Position numbers and translations under genes: made by a program. A stretch of 64,000 nt of DNA from Octopus bimaculoides (lineage: Eukaryota). The stretch spans positions 109,338,931 to 109,402,930 of the forward strand of contig NC_068983.1 in the NCBI RefSeq assembly GCF_001194135.2, written 5' to 3'. Positions 26,043 through 38,600 of the stretch are shown here, piece after piece (the stretch's first letter is position 1; the number at the start of each line of letters is the position of its first letter). The notes beneath the pieces are model-generated. The model had not been told where the DNA came from and made no database searches. It saw nothing but the letters and a program-made list of their open reading frames with translations.

Positions 26043-27416
26043 TTAAATGCAAGCTTTCTGAGCTCCATATTTTCTGGATTCAACCAAAGTACTGTTTTGT
26101 CATTCTGGCTTTAGTCACAATACCAATGTGTGCAACATTCTCATCAATTCTGAGATACTTATAGTCTTCATTATTAGAGCTAGAGGAAATAGACAAGCCA
26201 TTGAAGCACATGTTCCCTGCCTGGTCAACAATCCTTTCATAGTTGACTATCATATACGAGCATTTATTTTGCCTAAAGGCCATTTCTATACTCCGTGAGA
26301 ATGTTGTGATTAGTTGTAATTGTCTCTTGACATTGTTAATGTTGCCAGAATATAGTTTTAGGTCGTCAACAAAAATTGCGTAGCTGGCATTAATTTTATT
26401 ACTTTTTTATTTATGTATGTATGTATGTATGGATGGATGGATGGATGGATGGATGGATGGATGGACGGGTGCATGCATGCATGTGTAACTATGAAATGTT
26501 CATTGATTTAATAGTTTAATTTAATAGTCAGCTGACATTACAATTGGTTATGGAAATTTTATATGTTGCTTTGATTTGTTGTTATATAACTGACAGAAGA
26601 TGAAACAAGACGGAAAAAAAGGAATATTAAAAAGAGAAAAGGCAAAACTTAGAATTATTCATAATGTTTGGAAGAAGAAACGGTAATATAAAGATAAAGA
26701 AAGAAGAAACTGAAAAATGAATAATAAACAGAAAGAATTACCCAGCATGGAATATAAACTGCATGTACGACAATGGGATATGTCACAAGAGAATGATTAA
26801 ACATAGTACTGATTCAGGAAAAGTTATTAATAGATGAACAGTATTTCAAATCACACTGAATAAAAAATTGTGTATGAAATGCGAAAAGAAACGCTTCAGA
26901 AAGAATTCAGTAAATAACAACAATGCGATCAGACTTTTAAATTGGTTTTAGGAAAATCAACGGACTTTTTGTTTTAACTATATATACATATGCTTGTTAA
27001 GAGTTCTTGAATTCTTTTAGCCTCTATCTAAAAGTAAAAGTTGGAGTAGTAATAATGAAGTCTGAGATTCCAAGAAATATTAAGATCATTTGTCTGCCTA
27101 TACACATACACATAAATGTGTATATATATATATAAATATGTATATGTATACATATACTAGCATACCCATGTCATCAACAATGCTGACTATTTTCTTAATG
27201 ATAGAAAATGGCATATCAACACAATGGGGGGAACCATAGTAAATATATGTGCATACACAGAATTGAAGCACTTGAAGAATGAGATACAACTGGAATGTCT
27301 TGGTTAAAAATATCACCCAGATAATGTATGTCTGTGTATATACACACAAACATACACAGACATATGTACATGCATATATATATATTATATATATATGTAT
27401 ATATATATATATATAT

Positions 27417-28214
27417 NNNNNNNNNNNNNNNNNNNNNNNNNNNNNNNNNNNNNNNNNNNNNNNNNNNNNNNNNNNNNNNNNNNNNNNNNNNNNNNNNNNN
27501 NNNNNNNNNNNNNNNNNNNNNNNNNNNNNNNNNNNNNNNNNNNNNNNNNNNNNNNNNNNNNNNNNNNNNNNNNNNNNNNNNNNNNNNNNNNNNNNNNNNN
27601 NNNNNNNNNNNNNNNNNNNNNNNNNNNNNNNNNNNNNNNNNNNNNNNNNNNNNNNNNNNNNNNNNNNNNNNNNNNNNNNNNNNNNNNNNNNNNNNNNNNN
27701 NNNNNNNNNNNNNNNNNNNNNNNNNNNNNNNNNNNNNNNNNNNNNNNNNNNNNNNNNNNNNNNNNNNNNNNNNNNNNNNNNNNNNNNNNNNNNNNNNNNN
27801 NNNNNNNNNNNNNNNNNNNNNNNNNNNNNNNNNNNNNNNNNNNNNNNNNNNNNNNNNNNNNNNNNNNNNNNNNNNNNNNNNNNNNNNNNNNNNNNNNNNN
27901 NNNNNNNNNNNNNNNNNNNNNNNNNNNNNNNNNNNNNNNNNNNNNNNNNNNNNNNNNNNNNNNNNNNNNNNNNNNNNNNNNNNNNNNNNNNNNNNNNNNN
28001 NNNNNNNNNNNNNNNNNNNNNNNNNNNNNNNNNNNNNNNNNNNNNNNNNNNNNNNNNNNNNNNNNNNNNNNNNNNNNNNNNNNNNNNNNNNNNNNNNNNN
28101 NNNNNNNNNNNNNNNNNNNNNNNNNNNNNNNNNNNNNNNNNNNNNNNNNNNNNNNNNNNNNNNNNNNNNNNNNNNNNNNNNNNNNNNNNNNNNNNNNNNN
28201 NNNNNNNNNNNNNN
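27417..28214. other. Largest assembly gap (N run)
   Basis: Other N runs at 12437-12911, 30315-30414, 31696-31962, about 34377-34386, 41078-41632, 42286-42502, 58626-59132 and 60349-60604. Most are flanked by microsatellites. Confidence 0.99.
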
Positions 28215-28228
28215 TATATATATATATA

Positions 28229-29517
28229 CAGAGTACAATGGGTAAATTGTTGCCATTTTATATTTTTTAATTTTGCACATGTGCATTGTTTGTTTTTGAT
28301 TTTGTGAACTACAGAGTATAGTAGGGTCCTTAGGGCACCACCTGTGAGAAAAACACCACTCTGATGCAATTCACTCTGCCAGAAATTTGGAAATGACATG
28401 CTGTACTGCTTGGCATTCACACTGGAAGCTCCAATATGAACATTTCAGAATGTTTGGGTGTCAATCTGAAGACAGTGTAGAGGATTCAGGAAGAATTGGT
28501 TGTGTCTAATGGTGGTTTCGAAGGTACGGCAGCTCGGAAAACTCAATTTGTTCGTTCTAATAAGAAAAGGACTCTTGAATTTGTTGGTGAGATCCAGGCC
28601 ATGATTGACAATGATCCCTCCAAGTGAATCAGGTCCATCGCCAGGAACGTGGGAGTGTCTGAGTTCCTTATCAGGCAGGTAGTGCATGATGACATTTGGT
28701 ACTCCTCATATAAGATGAGAAAGGGCTAATTTTTATCCCAAGCCGTCAAGGACAAGAGGAAAGACAGTGCTACAATGCTTTTGAACAAACTCAAGCATCC
28801 CCTCCAACCAAACATACTTTGGTTTGTCTCAGACGAGAAAAATTTCTGCCAGGATCAGATGGGGAACACACAGAACAACTGTTGGCTTGCCATGTCCCCA
28901 AAACATGTACCGAGAGTGATAAAAATCAAACATGCAGCCAACATCAAGGTGTTTGAGGTGATCACTAGTGATGGTAACGTTATGCCTTCATTCATCTTCC
29001 CACACAGCCTCAGACTCAACACGGAGTCCTACATCAAGTGTCTGGAGGCGGTAGTGTGGCCGTGGGTCAAGAGGTTGGCTGCTGGAAGACCCTTTGTCTA
29101 GTAATAGGACTTTGCACGATGCCACACAAGCAGGAGCACCCAGTCATACTTGTCAGACAATTTCTGCAACCACACCACCCCTAACATCTGGTCACCTAAA
29201 TCCCCTTACTGCCCACCTCTTAATTATTATGTGTGGAGTGCAGTAGAGTGAGAGACCAACAAAACTTCTTATAACACCAAAGATGAACTGAAGGCAAAGA
29301 TTATAGCAGCATTCACCAACTTAAACAAGAGTTGCAGGAGATTCCGAAGTAGCCTAGAGGCTGTGATTGAAGCCATGGCAATTTTATTGAATAAATTTAC
29401 TCTTTAGTATTTCAAGATACTTTTATGTAATTTTGGTAAATATATCTGTTAAAATGAGATGTCAGTGTTATATTCATTTTTGCATAATTTAGACGACAAT
29501 TTATTCACCGCACCCTG
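28229..29517 (+). mobile_element. Tc1/mariner DD37D (maT-like) transposon, near full length, inactivated
   Basis: Degenerate TIRs (cagagtacaatgggtaaattgttg / cgacaatttattcaccgcaccctg) flanked by TA. WFVSDEKNF motif, then QDFARCH...WSPKSPYCPPLN with 37 residues between the second D and the third catalytic position (D>N here). In-frame stops present. Confidence 0.85.
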
Positions 29518-29984
29518 TATATCTATCTATCTATCTATCTATCTATCTGTCTATCTATCTATCTATCTCTATGTATGTATGTGTGTGCATTTATATATAT
29601 ATCTAATATCGTTCACATAACCTTTATATATGTTATGTGAACAATAATATTTTGAAAACACAAGTGTTTAATATTTAATTTCATATATCTCTTTGTGTGT
29701 GTGTTTTTGTGTGTGGATGCATGTATGTGTGTGCAAATGTGTGACTGAGAAGGAAAGAGAGAGAGGAAAAGAGAGAGAGAGAAACTGATAAAAGAAATAC
29801 AGTTCATGATAAAAATTCGCAGTTCTATGTTAAGTAAAATATCAGCATCTTCGGAGCAAAGCCTTTAAATGTGGTCGCCTGCTTTAGCATGTGTGACTGT
29901 CACTCACTCCCATTCCATCTATTGTATTACTTTTCTTCCCCTCTAGCATGACTGAGAGGTCACACATTGTGTTTGCGAAGACTT

Positions 29985-30314
29985 ACTGGGGCAAGCGAAA
30001 GCGAAACAGTCAATGGGCTTGCAAAGACTTATTGGGGCAAGCGAAAGCGAAACCGTCAATGGCACCTGTGCCCAGCATCACCTTCCTGGCACTTGTGCCA
30101 GATGGCACGTGTAAAGACATTCGAGCAAGATCGTTGCCAGTGCCGCCGAACTGGCTTCTGTGCAGGTGGCATGTAAAATACACCATTTTGAGCGTGGCCG
30201 TTGCCAGTACCGCCTGACTGGCCTTCGTGCTGGTGGTACGTAAAAGCACCAACTACACTCTCAAAGTGGTTGGCATTAGGAAGGGCATCCTGCTGTAGAA
30301 ACTCTGCCAAATCA
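29985..30314 (+). mobile_element. RTE 3' end copy, truncated by gap
   Basis: Tandem about 42-nt aagactta.tggggcaagcgaaagcgaaac unit, then hairpin modules and core. Confidence 0.8.
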
Positions 30315-30419
30315 NNNNNNNNNNNNNNNNNNNNNNNNNNNNNNNNNNNNNNNNNNNNNNNNNNNNNNNNNNNNNNNNNNNNNNNNNNNNNNNNNNNNNN
30401 NNNNNNNNNNNNNNTTTTG

Positions 30420-31610
30420 CGATGGTCATTTATTTTTTGTTACCAAATAAGCACATGCACTATATATTTTTTCTTCACACGTTTACTATAGTTCTTATTC
30501 TAACTCATGTCTATTGTTCAAAAATCTTTCATCACACATCTGTGACTTCTTCAGTGACACTTTCCATCTTTATGTGTGCTCTTGCTCCACTTATTCCATT
30601 CTGATCTTTTATGATGTGCATCCTTATATACGCATGCCTTTGCGTCTGTGTGTGTGTCTGTGTGATTGTTCTTAATAGCACTATGACCCTCTCCACAGTC
30701 CTTCCCCTCCCCATTGCCACTGCTGCTGCCCTTGTACCAAACGTTTGGTACAGTTCCTGTATCTCTTTGTATTCGCCCACACTGCTACCATTGTAGTAGT
30801 TGTTGTTGCCATTGCTGTTACTGCTGTTGCTGTTGTCATTGTTGGTCATGTTGATACTGTTGTGGCCATCTGTGAAGTTACTGTATGTGTGTGTGTGCGT
30901 GTGTATTTGGGTTTGCTTCCTATTTTGTTTGTATCCATGCTCTTTATAGTTTTTGTTTTTTTGTCTATCTTTATTTCTTATATTTATCATAGGTATGTGC
31001 TTATTGTCTATTGTGTGTGTATTACACTATATCTGTTTTTTTTCCTCCCTTCTGTCTTTAATCATCATGTTGTTTGTGTGTGTGTGTGATTGTTCTTAAT
31101 AGCACTATGATCCTTAATAGCACTATAATCCTCCCCACAGTCTTTCCCCTCCCCATTGCCACTGCTGCTGCCCTTGTGGTGGGTATTATTGTTCCATTCG
31201 TGTTTTCTGTTGAGGCTCAGTCTGTTTATTTTTATGTGTGTAGCCTCTGTGATCTGTCTCAATTTCATGTCAGTTCTATGCATTGATAATACCATAACCT
31301 CTACGCTATTAATCGAGCTTCTATGTTCTGCTTGAGCATGTTGATAGAACACTAAAGAGCCTTTCTCTTCTTTGAGCTCTCACCAGTGTTTACCTATACA
31401 CTCCCTTATGCTGTGTGCTGTCTCTCCAGTGTAAGTAGTTGCCATGTTTCTGCACCATCCCTCAGTATATCATAAGCTATACATACAGATGTGTGGCGAA
31501 AGATTTCCAGACAATGGATATGAGTTAGAATAAGAACAGTAGTAAACAAATGAAAAATGAATATATAGTGCATGTGTTTATGTGGCAAACAAAAAAAAGA
31601 AATACCATTC
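30420..31610 (-). mobile_element. Penelope-like element with GIY-YIG remnant, partial tandem tail duplication and inverted 5' segment
   Basis: YQHAQAEHRSSINSVEV...LRQITEATHIKINRLSLNRKHEWN (ORF 31065-31352). About 30650-30735 is repeated at about 31075-31180. About 30420-30543 is repeated inverted at about 31484-31610. Confidence 0.75.
30515..30560 (-). ncRNA. Minimal type I hammerhead ribozyme motif in a Penelope-like element tail
   Basis: Minus strand reads GUGUCA-CUGAAGA-AGUCAC agaugu GUGAU-GAAA-GAUU-UU-UGAACA. Core CUGANGA and GAAA are intact. Stem I and the first stem II pair differ from the 21.7-kb copy but still pair. Confidence 0.65.
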
Positions 31611-31662
31611 TGAAATTCAACACATGGTTTCACTTCAGGAATCTTGCTACACAAATTTATAA

Positions 31663-31695
<33 letters not shown>

Positions 31696-32164
31696 NNNNN
31701 NNNNNNNNNNNNNNNNNNNNNNNNNNNNNNNNNNNNNNNNNNNNNNNNNNNNNNNNNNNNNNNNNNNNNNNNNNNNNNNNNNNNNNNNNNNNNNNNNNNN
31801 NNNNNNNNNNNNNNNNNNNNNNNNNNNNNNNNNNNNNNNNNNNNNNNNNNNNNNNNNNNNNNNNNNNNNNNNNNNNNNNNNNNNNNNNNNNNNNNNNNNN
31901 NNNNNNNNNNNNNNNNNNNNNNNNNNNNNNNNNNNNNNNNNNNNNNNNNNNNNNNNNNNNNNTATTATCATACTTATAACGAACTTTTTTGTTATTTTCG
32001 TATTATTATTGCTTGCTCTAGCAGGATATTTCTGAATATGATGAATTTTTATTACAAATTATTTTCTCTCTTTTTAGATTCCTCAAAAAGTTTGAATTGT
32101 TCTACTTGAACTTATATTTTTCTCACATAAATATATATATATGTATGTATATGTATATACATCT

Positions 32165-32335
32165 GAGAGTGTAGCGGGTGCTTTTACGTGCCACTGGCAC
32201 GAAGGCCAGTCAGGCGGTACTGGCAACGGCCACGCTCAAACTGGTGTATTTTACGTGCCACCTGCACAGGAGCCAGTCCAGCAGCACTGGCAACGATCTC
32301 GCTCGAATGTCTTTACACATGCCACCAGCACAAGT
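32165..32335 (-). mobile_element. RTE 3'-UTR repeat fragment
   Basis: Reverse-complement modules ttttacgtgccac / gccagtcaggcggtactggc. Confidence 0.8.
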
Positions 32336-32470
32336 GCCGCTGTCTACAGCATAAATTCAATGGTTGGGGTTAGTGACAACAGGAATATAACATACACTGG
32401 GGAGACTCATAGGAGACTAAATGAACACAGGTAGGAGTATAATGACACGACCTAGTCATCCAAACTGTTT
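32335..32470 (+). mobile_element. Penelope-like GIY-YIG fragment
   Basis: Translation AVYSINSMVGVSDNRNITYTGETHRRLNEHR matches the VY...YxGET.R.L.ER.EH pattern. Confidence 0.55.
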
Positions 32471-32559
32471 CACCATGCAAAAAATTATATGTATGTACAA
32501 TTCCAATACATATCTATACAACAGTGGTGCCCCAGCATTACTGCAGCTTTAAAATTGAA

Positions 32560-33211
32560 ACAGGTTAAAAAGTTATATCCACATGCATGCACAGATGGCC
32601 ATGCTCACCCATGTACACATAGACACACATACAGGAACATAAGAACACACAACTGCACATGCATCCACATGTACCATGCATACTCATGTACACACACATA
32701 TGTGCAGGCACAAGCATGCATGCACATACACGCACAGGTACATACATGCACAATCATATATACAGATACTTGCCGATTCAAAATCCACCAGATATTCACA
32801 CACACATGCTGGAATATATTCAAATAAGAAAACACTCACACGTTCACATGCGCACATACATGAACATACACGCATACACACACACACTCACAGAATCAAC
32901 CTTACAACCAACTCAACAATGCAAACATACTAGGCCACACATTTGTGCACACACACTCTCACACACACATACACATGCATGAAGATAATCATACACACAC
33001 ACGCACACACATGTGCAAGCAGGTACTCACACACCTACCCAGTTCTCTCCTCCTCTCCTTCACGTAAAGAACTACACCCTAAATCCATAAATCTTCCACA
33101 GACATGAAACTTACCAAGAACAAGAAAGACAAAATGTAAAGAGGTCATATATGGTTGGAGCACACACACTCACAATCACACACACATGTAGTCACACAGG
33201 TGTACAGACAA

Positions 33212-33249
<38 letters not shown>

Positions 33250-33250
33250 C
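32560..33250. repeat. Degenerate CA-rich low-complexity tract
   Basis: cacacat/catgcac variants ending in pure (CA)n. Confidence 0.85.
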
Positions 33251-33917
33251 TTTTGTTTACTCTCTGCTATACCTCTTCTTCTAAGCAAGCACACATCTAC
33301 ATGCACATAGAAGCATGCATACACACAGACGTAAGACCAGTCCACAGATAGACACAAAACAGACCTTGGAGCAAGAGGACAAGTTTCTAAGCCTATCCCA
33401 ATTGAGGGAGCAGAACAGGTAAAATGCAGGCTACACAGGTTTCTTAACTAGCTGATCCTCTGATGTAATAATTACTCAATGAGAGGTACTCAAATTAACT
33501 CATCATCAGGCTGAGAATACCTTTATTACAGGAAGGTTACGTTGTCACTTGGAATTTTCAAGTTGACTCACTGCAAATGTGAGTTGAAATGAATAGTGAA
33601 GCCGGAAGAACAGAATTAAAAAGAAAAATATGTTTGAAGAAATAAAATGATCAAGGACTAAGAAAGAGAAGGATGACATCAAATATGTGAGAGTAGGAAT
33701 TGTATAAGGTTGATAAGAATGAAGAAACGGAGGTGGGAGAGAAAGAGGGGCACAGGAGCAGATAGTTGCTGTCGTTAAGGGGAAGGAATGGTTGTAATAA
33801 TTATTTAATTGGGATGGGTAAAGAGAGAAACTGGCTGATCCTGAGGTATTAATTTCTTAGTGGTTAGTTGATGCTAGTACTGATAACCGTTGGTCTACCA
33901 TACAGTATACATATGTA

Positions 33918-34233
33918 CAATGGCAGACTGGGTCTAAAAATATTGGTTGCCAGGAGACTAAGGGGGCCCACCCCCAACTACAGGGGGGGGGCACCTGCAA
34001 CTACAATGCTATCATTTCATTTTTTCTTTGTTAAAAGTATTCTTTTCAACTATCTGCAAACACAGCCAGCAGGCTTAAATAATTATTGCATTCTTCCAGG
34101 AGTGAATAGAAAATACTCAAACTTGAGGGGATGGGCCCCTTAGATACTAAAGTGGGCCCCCATATGTGGATTCTAATGGTGCAGGGGCCCACTTGCCATC
34201 AAGCAAGCTGGCAACCTGGCCAGTCCGCCACTG
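33918..34233. mobile_element. hAT-like MITE
   Basis: TIRs caatggcagactgg / ccagtccgccactg. Flanks catatgta and catatata form an 8-bp TSD with one mismatch. Confidence 0.7.
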
Positions 34234-34386
34234 CATATATATGGGTCCACTTCTTGTTTTCTACAACACAATGGACCACACACTGCCTACTTCTTGTTTC
34301 CTATACCTGTCATGGATTGCTTGAAGCTTACAAACTTCATACACTTGGATATCTGGATCTTACCCATATATATATANNNNNNNNNN

Positions 34387-34628
34387 CCACCACCTCCACC
34401 TCCACCATACCACCACCACCACCACCACCACCATCACCACCATCATCACCACCACGACCACCACAACGATGTTGCTATTACTGCTGCTATACGTCATCTA
34501 ACACAGCCTACAGAACCATTGTATTTTCCCTAAGAAAGCATTATTTTTATGTTTCTTAAAGATAAGATGATGATAAGTATAACGAGAAGTGGTGATGTTC
34601 ATGACGATGGTGGTGATAACAATGATGA

Positions 34629-34659
<31 letters not shown>

Positions 34660-34760
34660 GTGATGAAAATTACGGGGATGATCTTGATGAAGTCGATGAC
34701 GCAAAGATTGAAGACTATGAAGAAGATAAAGTTGATGATTATTATGATATTAGGATGTTA
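34387..34760. repeat. (CAC)n and (GAT)n trinucleotide tracts
   Basis: Direct reading. Confidence 0.9.
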
Positions 34761-35640
34761 ATGTTGTACATTTGTCATGACGGCACTTTAAAACACGCAG
34801 TCACGCACGCATACATACATACACACACACACACACACGTGCATGCACGCACGTGCAAATGCACATATATGTATAAGCCAGTGTAGAAGTAATTACGTAT
34901 GCAGTTTAATTCCTGCAGTGTTTATTTTTGTAACGCTGTGGGACACCACCAGAATAAATGGTACTGTACGAGTAAGGAAACCATAGCGCTATCGGTTAAG
35001 CAGCTGATGATGGGAATACATCTCATACTTATTCTCCGTTGAGTTTCTTTTTTTTTATATCTTTGGGTTCTGTTATTCAGAGTTTTCTTTCAATCTCGTA
35101 AAGGGTTCAAAGTTTATGTTGGTTTAGTTACTTATACTACTACATATATTGAATATCTTCATTGGTAAACTTATTATGGTGTGATGATACTTCACATAGG
35201 GTCGATAGTTACGTGAGGTCTTGTGCCTTATATAAAGCTATCTATATAAAGTATAATTTGGTTGAAAGCACTGTAACGTGTTATTTAAGAGCGGTTAAGT
35301 TATTATTTGGCTACGGCATAGTCTCCTACAAAAAGGGTATGTTTCAGAGCTGGATACACACGAGAAACTCCTCTTTACATAAGATTAATGCAAGGATAAT
35401 AAAACACGAGGTTTGAGGATAACACGTCAATAGTCGGAAGCTATATAATAGGAATTAATCGTATTCCACCTGGCGAAGTGCTCACACATGACTGGGGCTA
35501 AACAGAATTCAACGGTGTAATAATTAGAAGGAATGTTCTGCTATATTGGTATTTGAATGTAATGTCAGCACCTTAAAGCTGGAACTATTAAAGCCTCTTA
35601 TCATCCACTCCTCGTGTTATATTATCGACACACACGTCTA
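34440..35640. promoter_or_regulatory. CpG-retaining patch, possible unmethylated promoter or regulatory region
   Basis: Hand count gives about 22 CpG in 34861-35640 versus about 1 in the following ~700 bp. Contains two TATATAAAG motifs (about 35229-35251). No TE signature recognised in 34870-35640. Confidence 0.35.
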
Positions 35641-38600
35641 AATAAACACATACGCACACATACACATAAATATGTATGTGTGTATATATATATACACACA
35701 CACACACACATATATAATTACTTTTATGTTGACAGTATTTTGCATATTTTGCTATGTGCAATAGTATATACCTAGAGAATTTTTAGTCAATGCTGTGTTC
35801 AGACTTTTATTTTCATCAGAATGTATAGTGTCATCCAAAATTCCATAGATATTGTCTATAGTACATTCTAACAGTATATACAGGCTAATTACTTTACTCT
35901 GTTCTTGATGGTAATATTGATGAAAGTGTGTTTGTAGCACACTGTAGAACAAATGTCTAAAGGAGTACCATTGTAAAGCAGTAGCTTTTCAGTTTATCTT
36001 TTGCTATTATACTCAGTAAACGATGAACATGCACACATACAAGCATAAGAAGCTTACAGAAAGACAGATAGATAGAAAAATGACAGGTTTCCACCTAGTT
36101 CCATCTGCCAAATTCCACTGTATGAATGTATTAGTCATTCCTAGGCTATGGTGCTAGGCTGTAGGATTACCACTACAAGGCTGCTATCTAATGACTACAA
36201 CCAATAAAGAAATAAAAGAATATATATTGTCCATTAATTTTTGCTAATTCATTTCTAGAAAAGATTGCAATGCATTCTAAGTGGAAATTGGAAAAATTTA
36301 TAGATTTAACATCAGTTTCTATGTTAAAGAAACATATTTTGTGCTAATGGCAGCAAGAGATACCATTTTATAAATGTTTTACTCTTAGTTTAGTTTTTAG
36401 TTTTTTCCATTAATAATATATCATAGTGTAGCATAAGTTATCTCATAAAAATAATAATAGGTTCTTTAATGAATGATCTAATTATATTAAATTAAGAGCA
36501 AGAACTTTGAGAGACAAAATCTTGGGTAAGAAATATGAAACATATATAAATAATAAAAGAATAAATGAAAAAAAATTAACCACAATATTAAACTTAAGAA
36601 ATTTCATACTTGATGATACTGAACTGTTTTGCTAAACTTTTAAAACTATTCCCTGTAATTAACATATATCCTTTTAACTTACAATATGTATTATACAGAA
36701 AACTTCTAAATGATACAGCAATCAGCTAAGTGCACATTTGACATGAAGGAAATTAAGTAAATCTAATGCTTATTTTTATCTCACTTTTAGTAATACTTTC
36801 AGTTTGACCAAATGCCACATTTAATTTTGCTGAATAGCGAAATTTCTTTTGTTAATGGAATTTAATTTGCTTTTCTTTTAAAGTTCTAATGAAATTTTTC
36901 AGAAATTTGGAAGTATCAAAGATTCTGAGTAGTTTTGTTGCTTTTTTTTGTCTGTATTAAAAGCAAATAAACAAAGAACCGGTAATTTCACTACAACTAT
37001 GTGTGAATATACAAAGTAACTTTACCAGATGTTAAAAAAAAGTTTTTTCTTCTATATAATTTGCTTTTAATCCGATCATCAATAATGATTTATATAAAAT
37101 GACACGCAGATGGGAAAAAATGATAATAATTTATATAAAGTTTTTTAAGTAAAATCTAATTTATACTCTATATGTTCCTGGTTCTTGATATATTAGTATT
37201 CAAGATTTCAAAACCAAAAGAGGACATAAAGTATTTTTACAGGTAAAGTGTCATTTTTCTCAAATTACAAAAGGTTTCAATGCCATAAATTATTCATGAA
37301 TTGTATATTTTATAATTCTGAAATAATCAAGTATTTGACTACCAATGAAAGTAAGTAGAAAATATAATTTTACTATAAGAACTATACAGGACCATCTATT
37401 GCTGACACTAATATTAAATATCCAACTTCAAAAATTCCAGATTTCATACATGGACAATAAATTTTACCCAATTGAAAGAAAACTTAAAAGAGAATGCATC
37501 ATGTAATAGAGTGAATAAGCTCATTCTTAGCTATTGTTTGTATTTGAACATTTCTAATAGCAAACATGAAAGAATATCAGATAAATGAATATACATTAAG
37601 AGAATATATATGAAAATTGACATTTAATGGCTCAGTTATGACTCCTCAGTTCAACAGACTCTTTGAAGATACAAGATTCTTTGTAACTCGTTTGACAGGA
37701 AATTACCAGATTAATGCTATAGAGCATAGTATTGGATAGCCATAAATTGAATCAAACGAATTCAGAAATGAAGATAATTAATTATATTTGTTAATTATAA
37801 TAAACATATCTACCGATGTAATTGCAACACAAATGAAATTGCTGGCTGAGACAAAAACTCTTTGTCATTCGTATGTACTTTGAGAAGAGATAAACAATTT
37901 CATAAAATACATAAAAATTGATGAATCATTTTGTCTTTACTACAAATTATTTAAGAAAACTGCAGATTCAGTGCCCATCTGCAGTACTGCATACTCTTCA
38001 AGACTGGATCTCAAAATACATATTTTCATCTAAGAGCTTGTTCTAAAATCCTACACTCTGAAGATGACAAAACTATCTCATTCTCTTTGTTCTCTATTTT
38101 CTTTATAGCAAGAATTCCCCATCTGTTGATCTTGTTCATAGGGAAAAGCTATAATGTACAGGTATTTCATATATTTGTTTATATTCAATTACTACTAGCA
38201 TGCAATAATTTTATTACCCTATTCTAATTTGACAATCATGTTATCTGTGTTAATGCTTTGCAACCACACAAGTCTTAAAACAGAAAATAGACATGTGATT
38301 CAGTATCATGAACAGTGGTAATATTACTGTTCATTTTATCAAAATATCTAGAAGAGTCTCAGCTTAATATTTTATTTTACTCAATGACCGAAATTTCTAT
38401 ATATTATATTAAATTCACTGAGGATATAACTTTTCTGTATATTCTTTCTGTAGGCTCATCTCCACATCTTGCAATTTTAAATTACCCTATATTGTAGTTC
38501 ATTATTTTGTATCTAGATAAATGCTATTTCATAAACAAATTGTAGTATATGAAAATCATGTAACTTTTTTTAAAGCAATTTCTTTAGTCGATTCTTTTTC

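Larger units (their letters stand above)
25152..26395 (-). mobile_element. R4/Dong-like LINE fragment (RT core and downstream), interrupted by a SINE chimera
   Basis: ASYAIFVDDLKLYSGN (about 26345-26392) and YKYLRIDEN (about 26130-26165). Confidence 0.7.
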
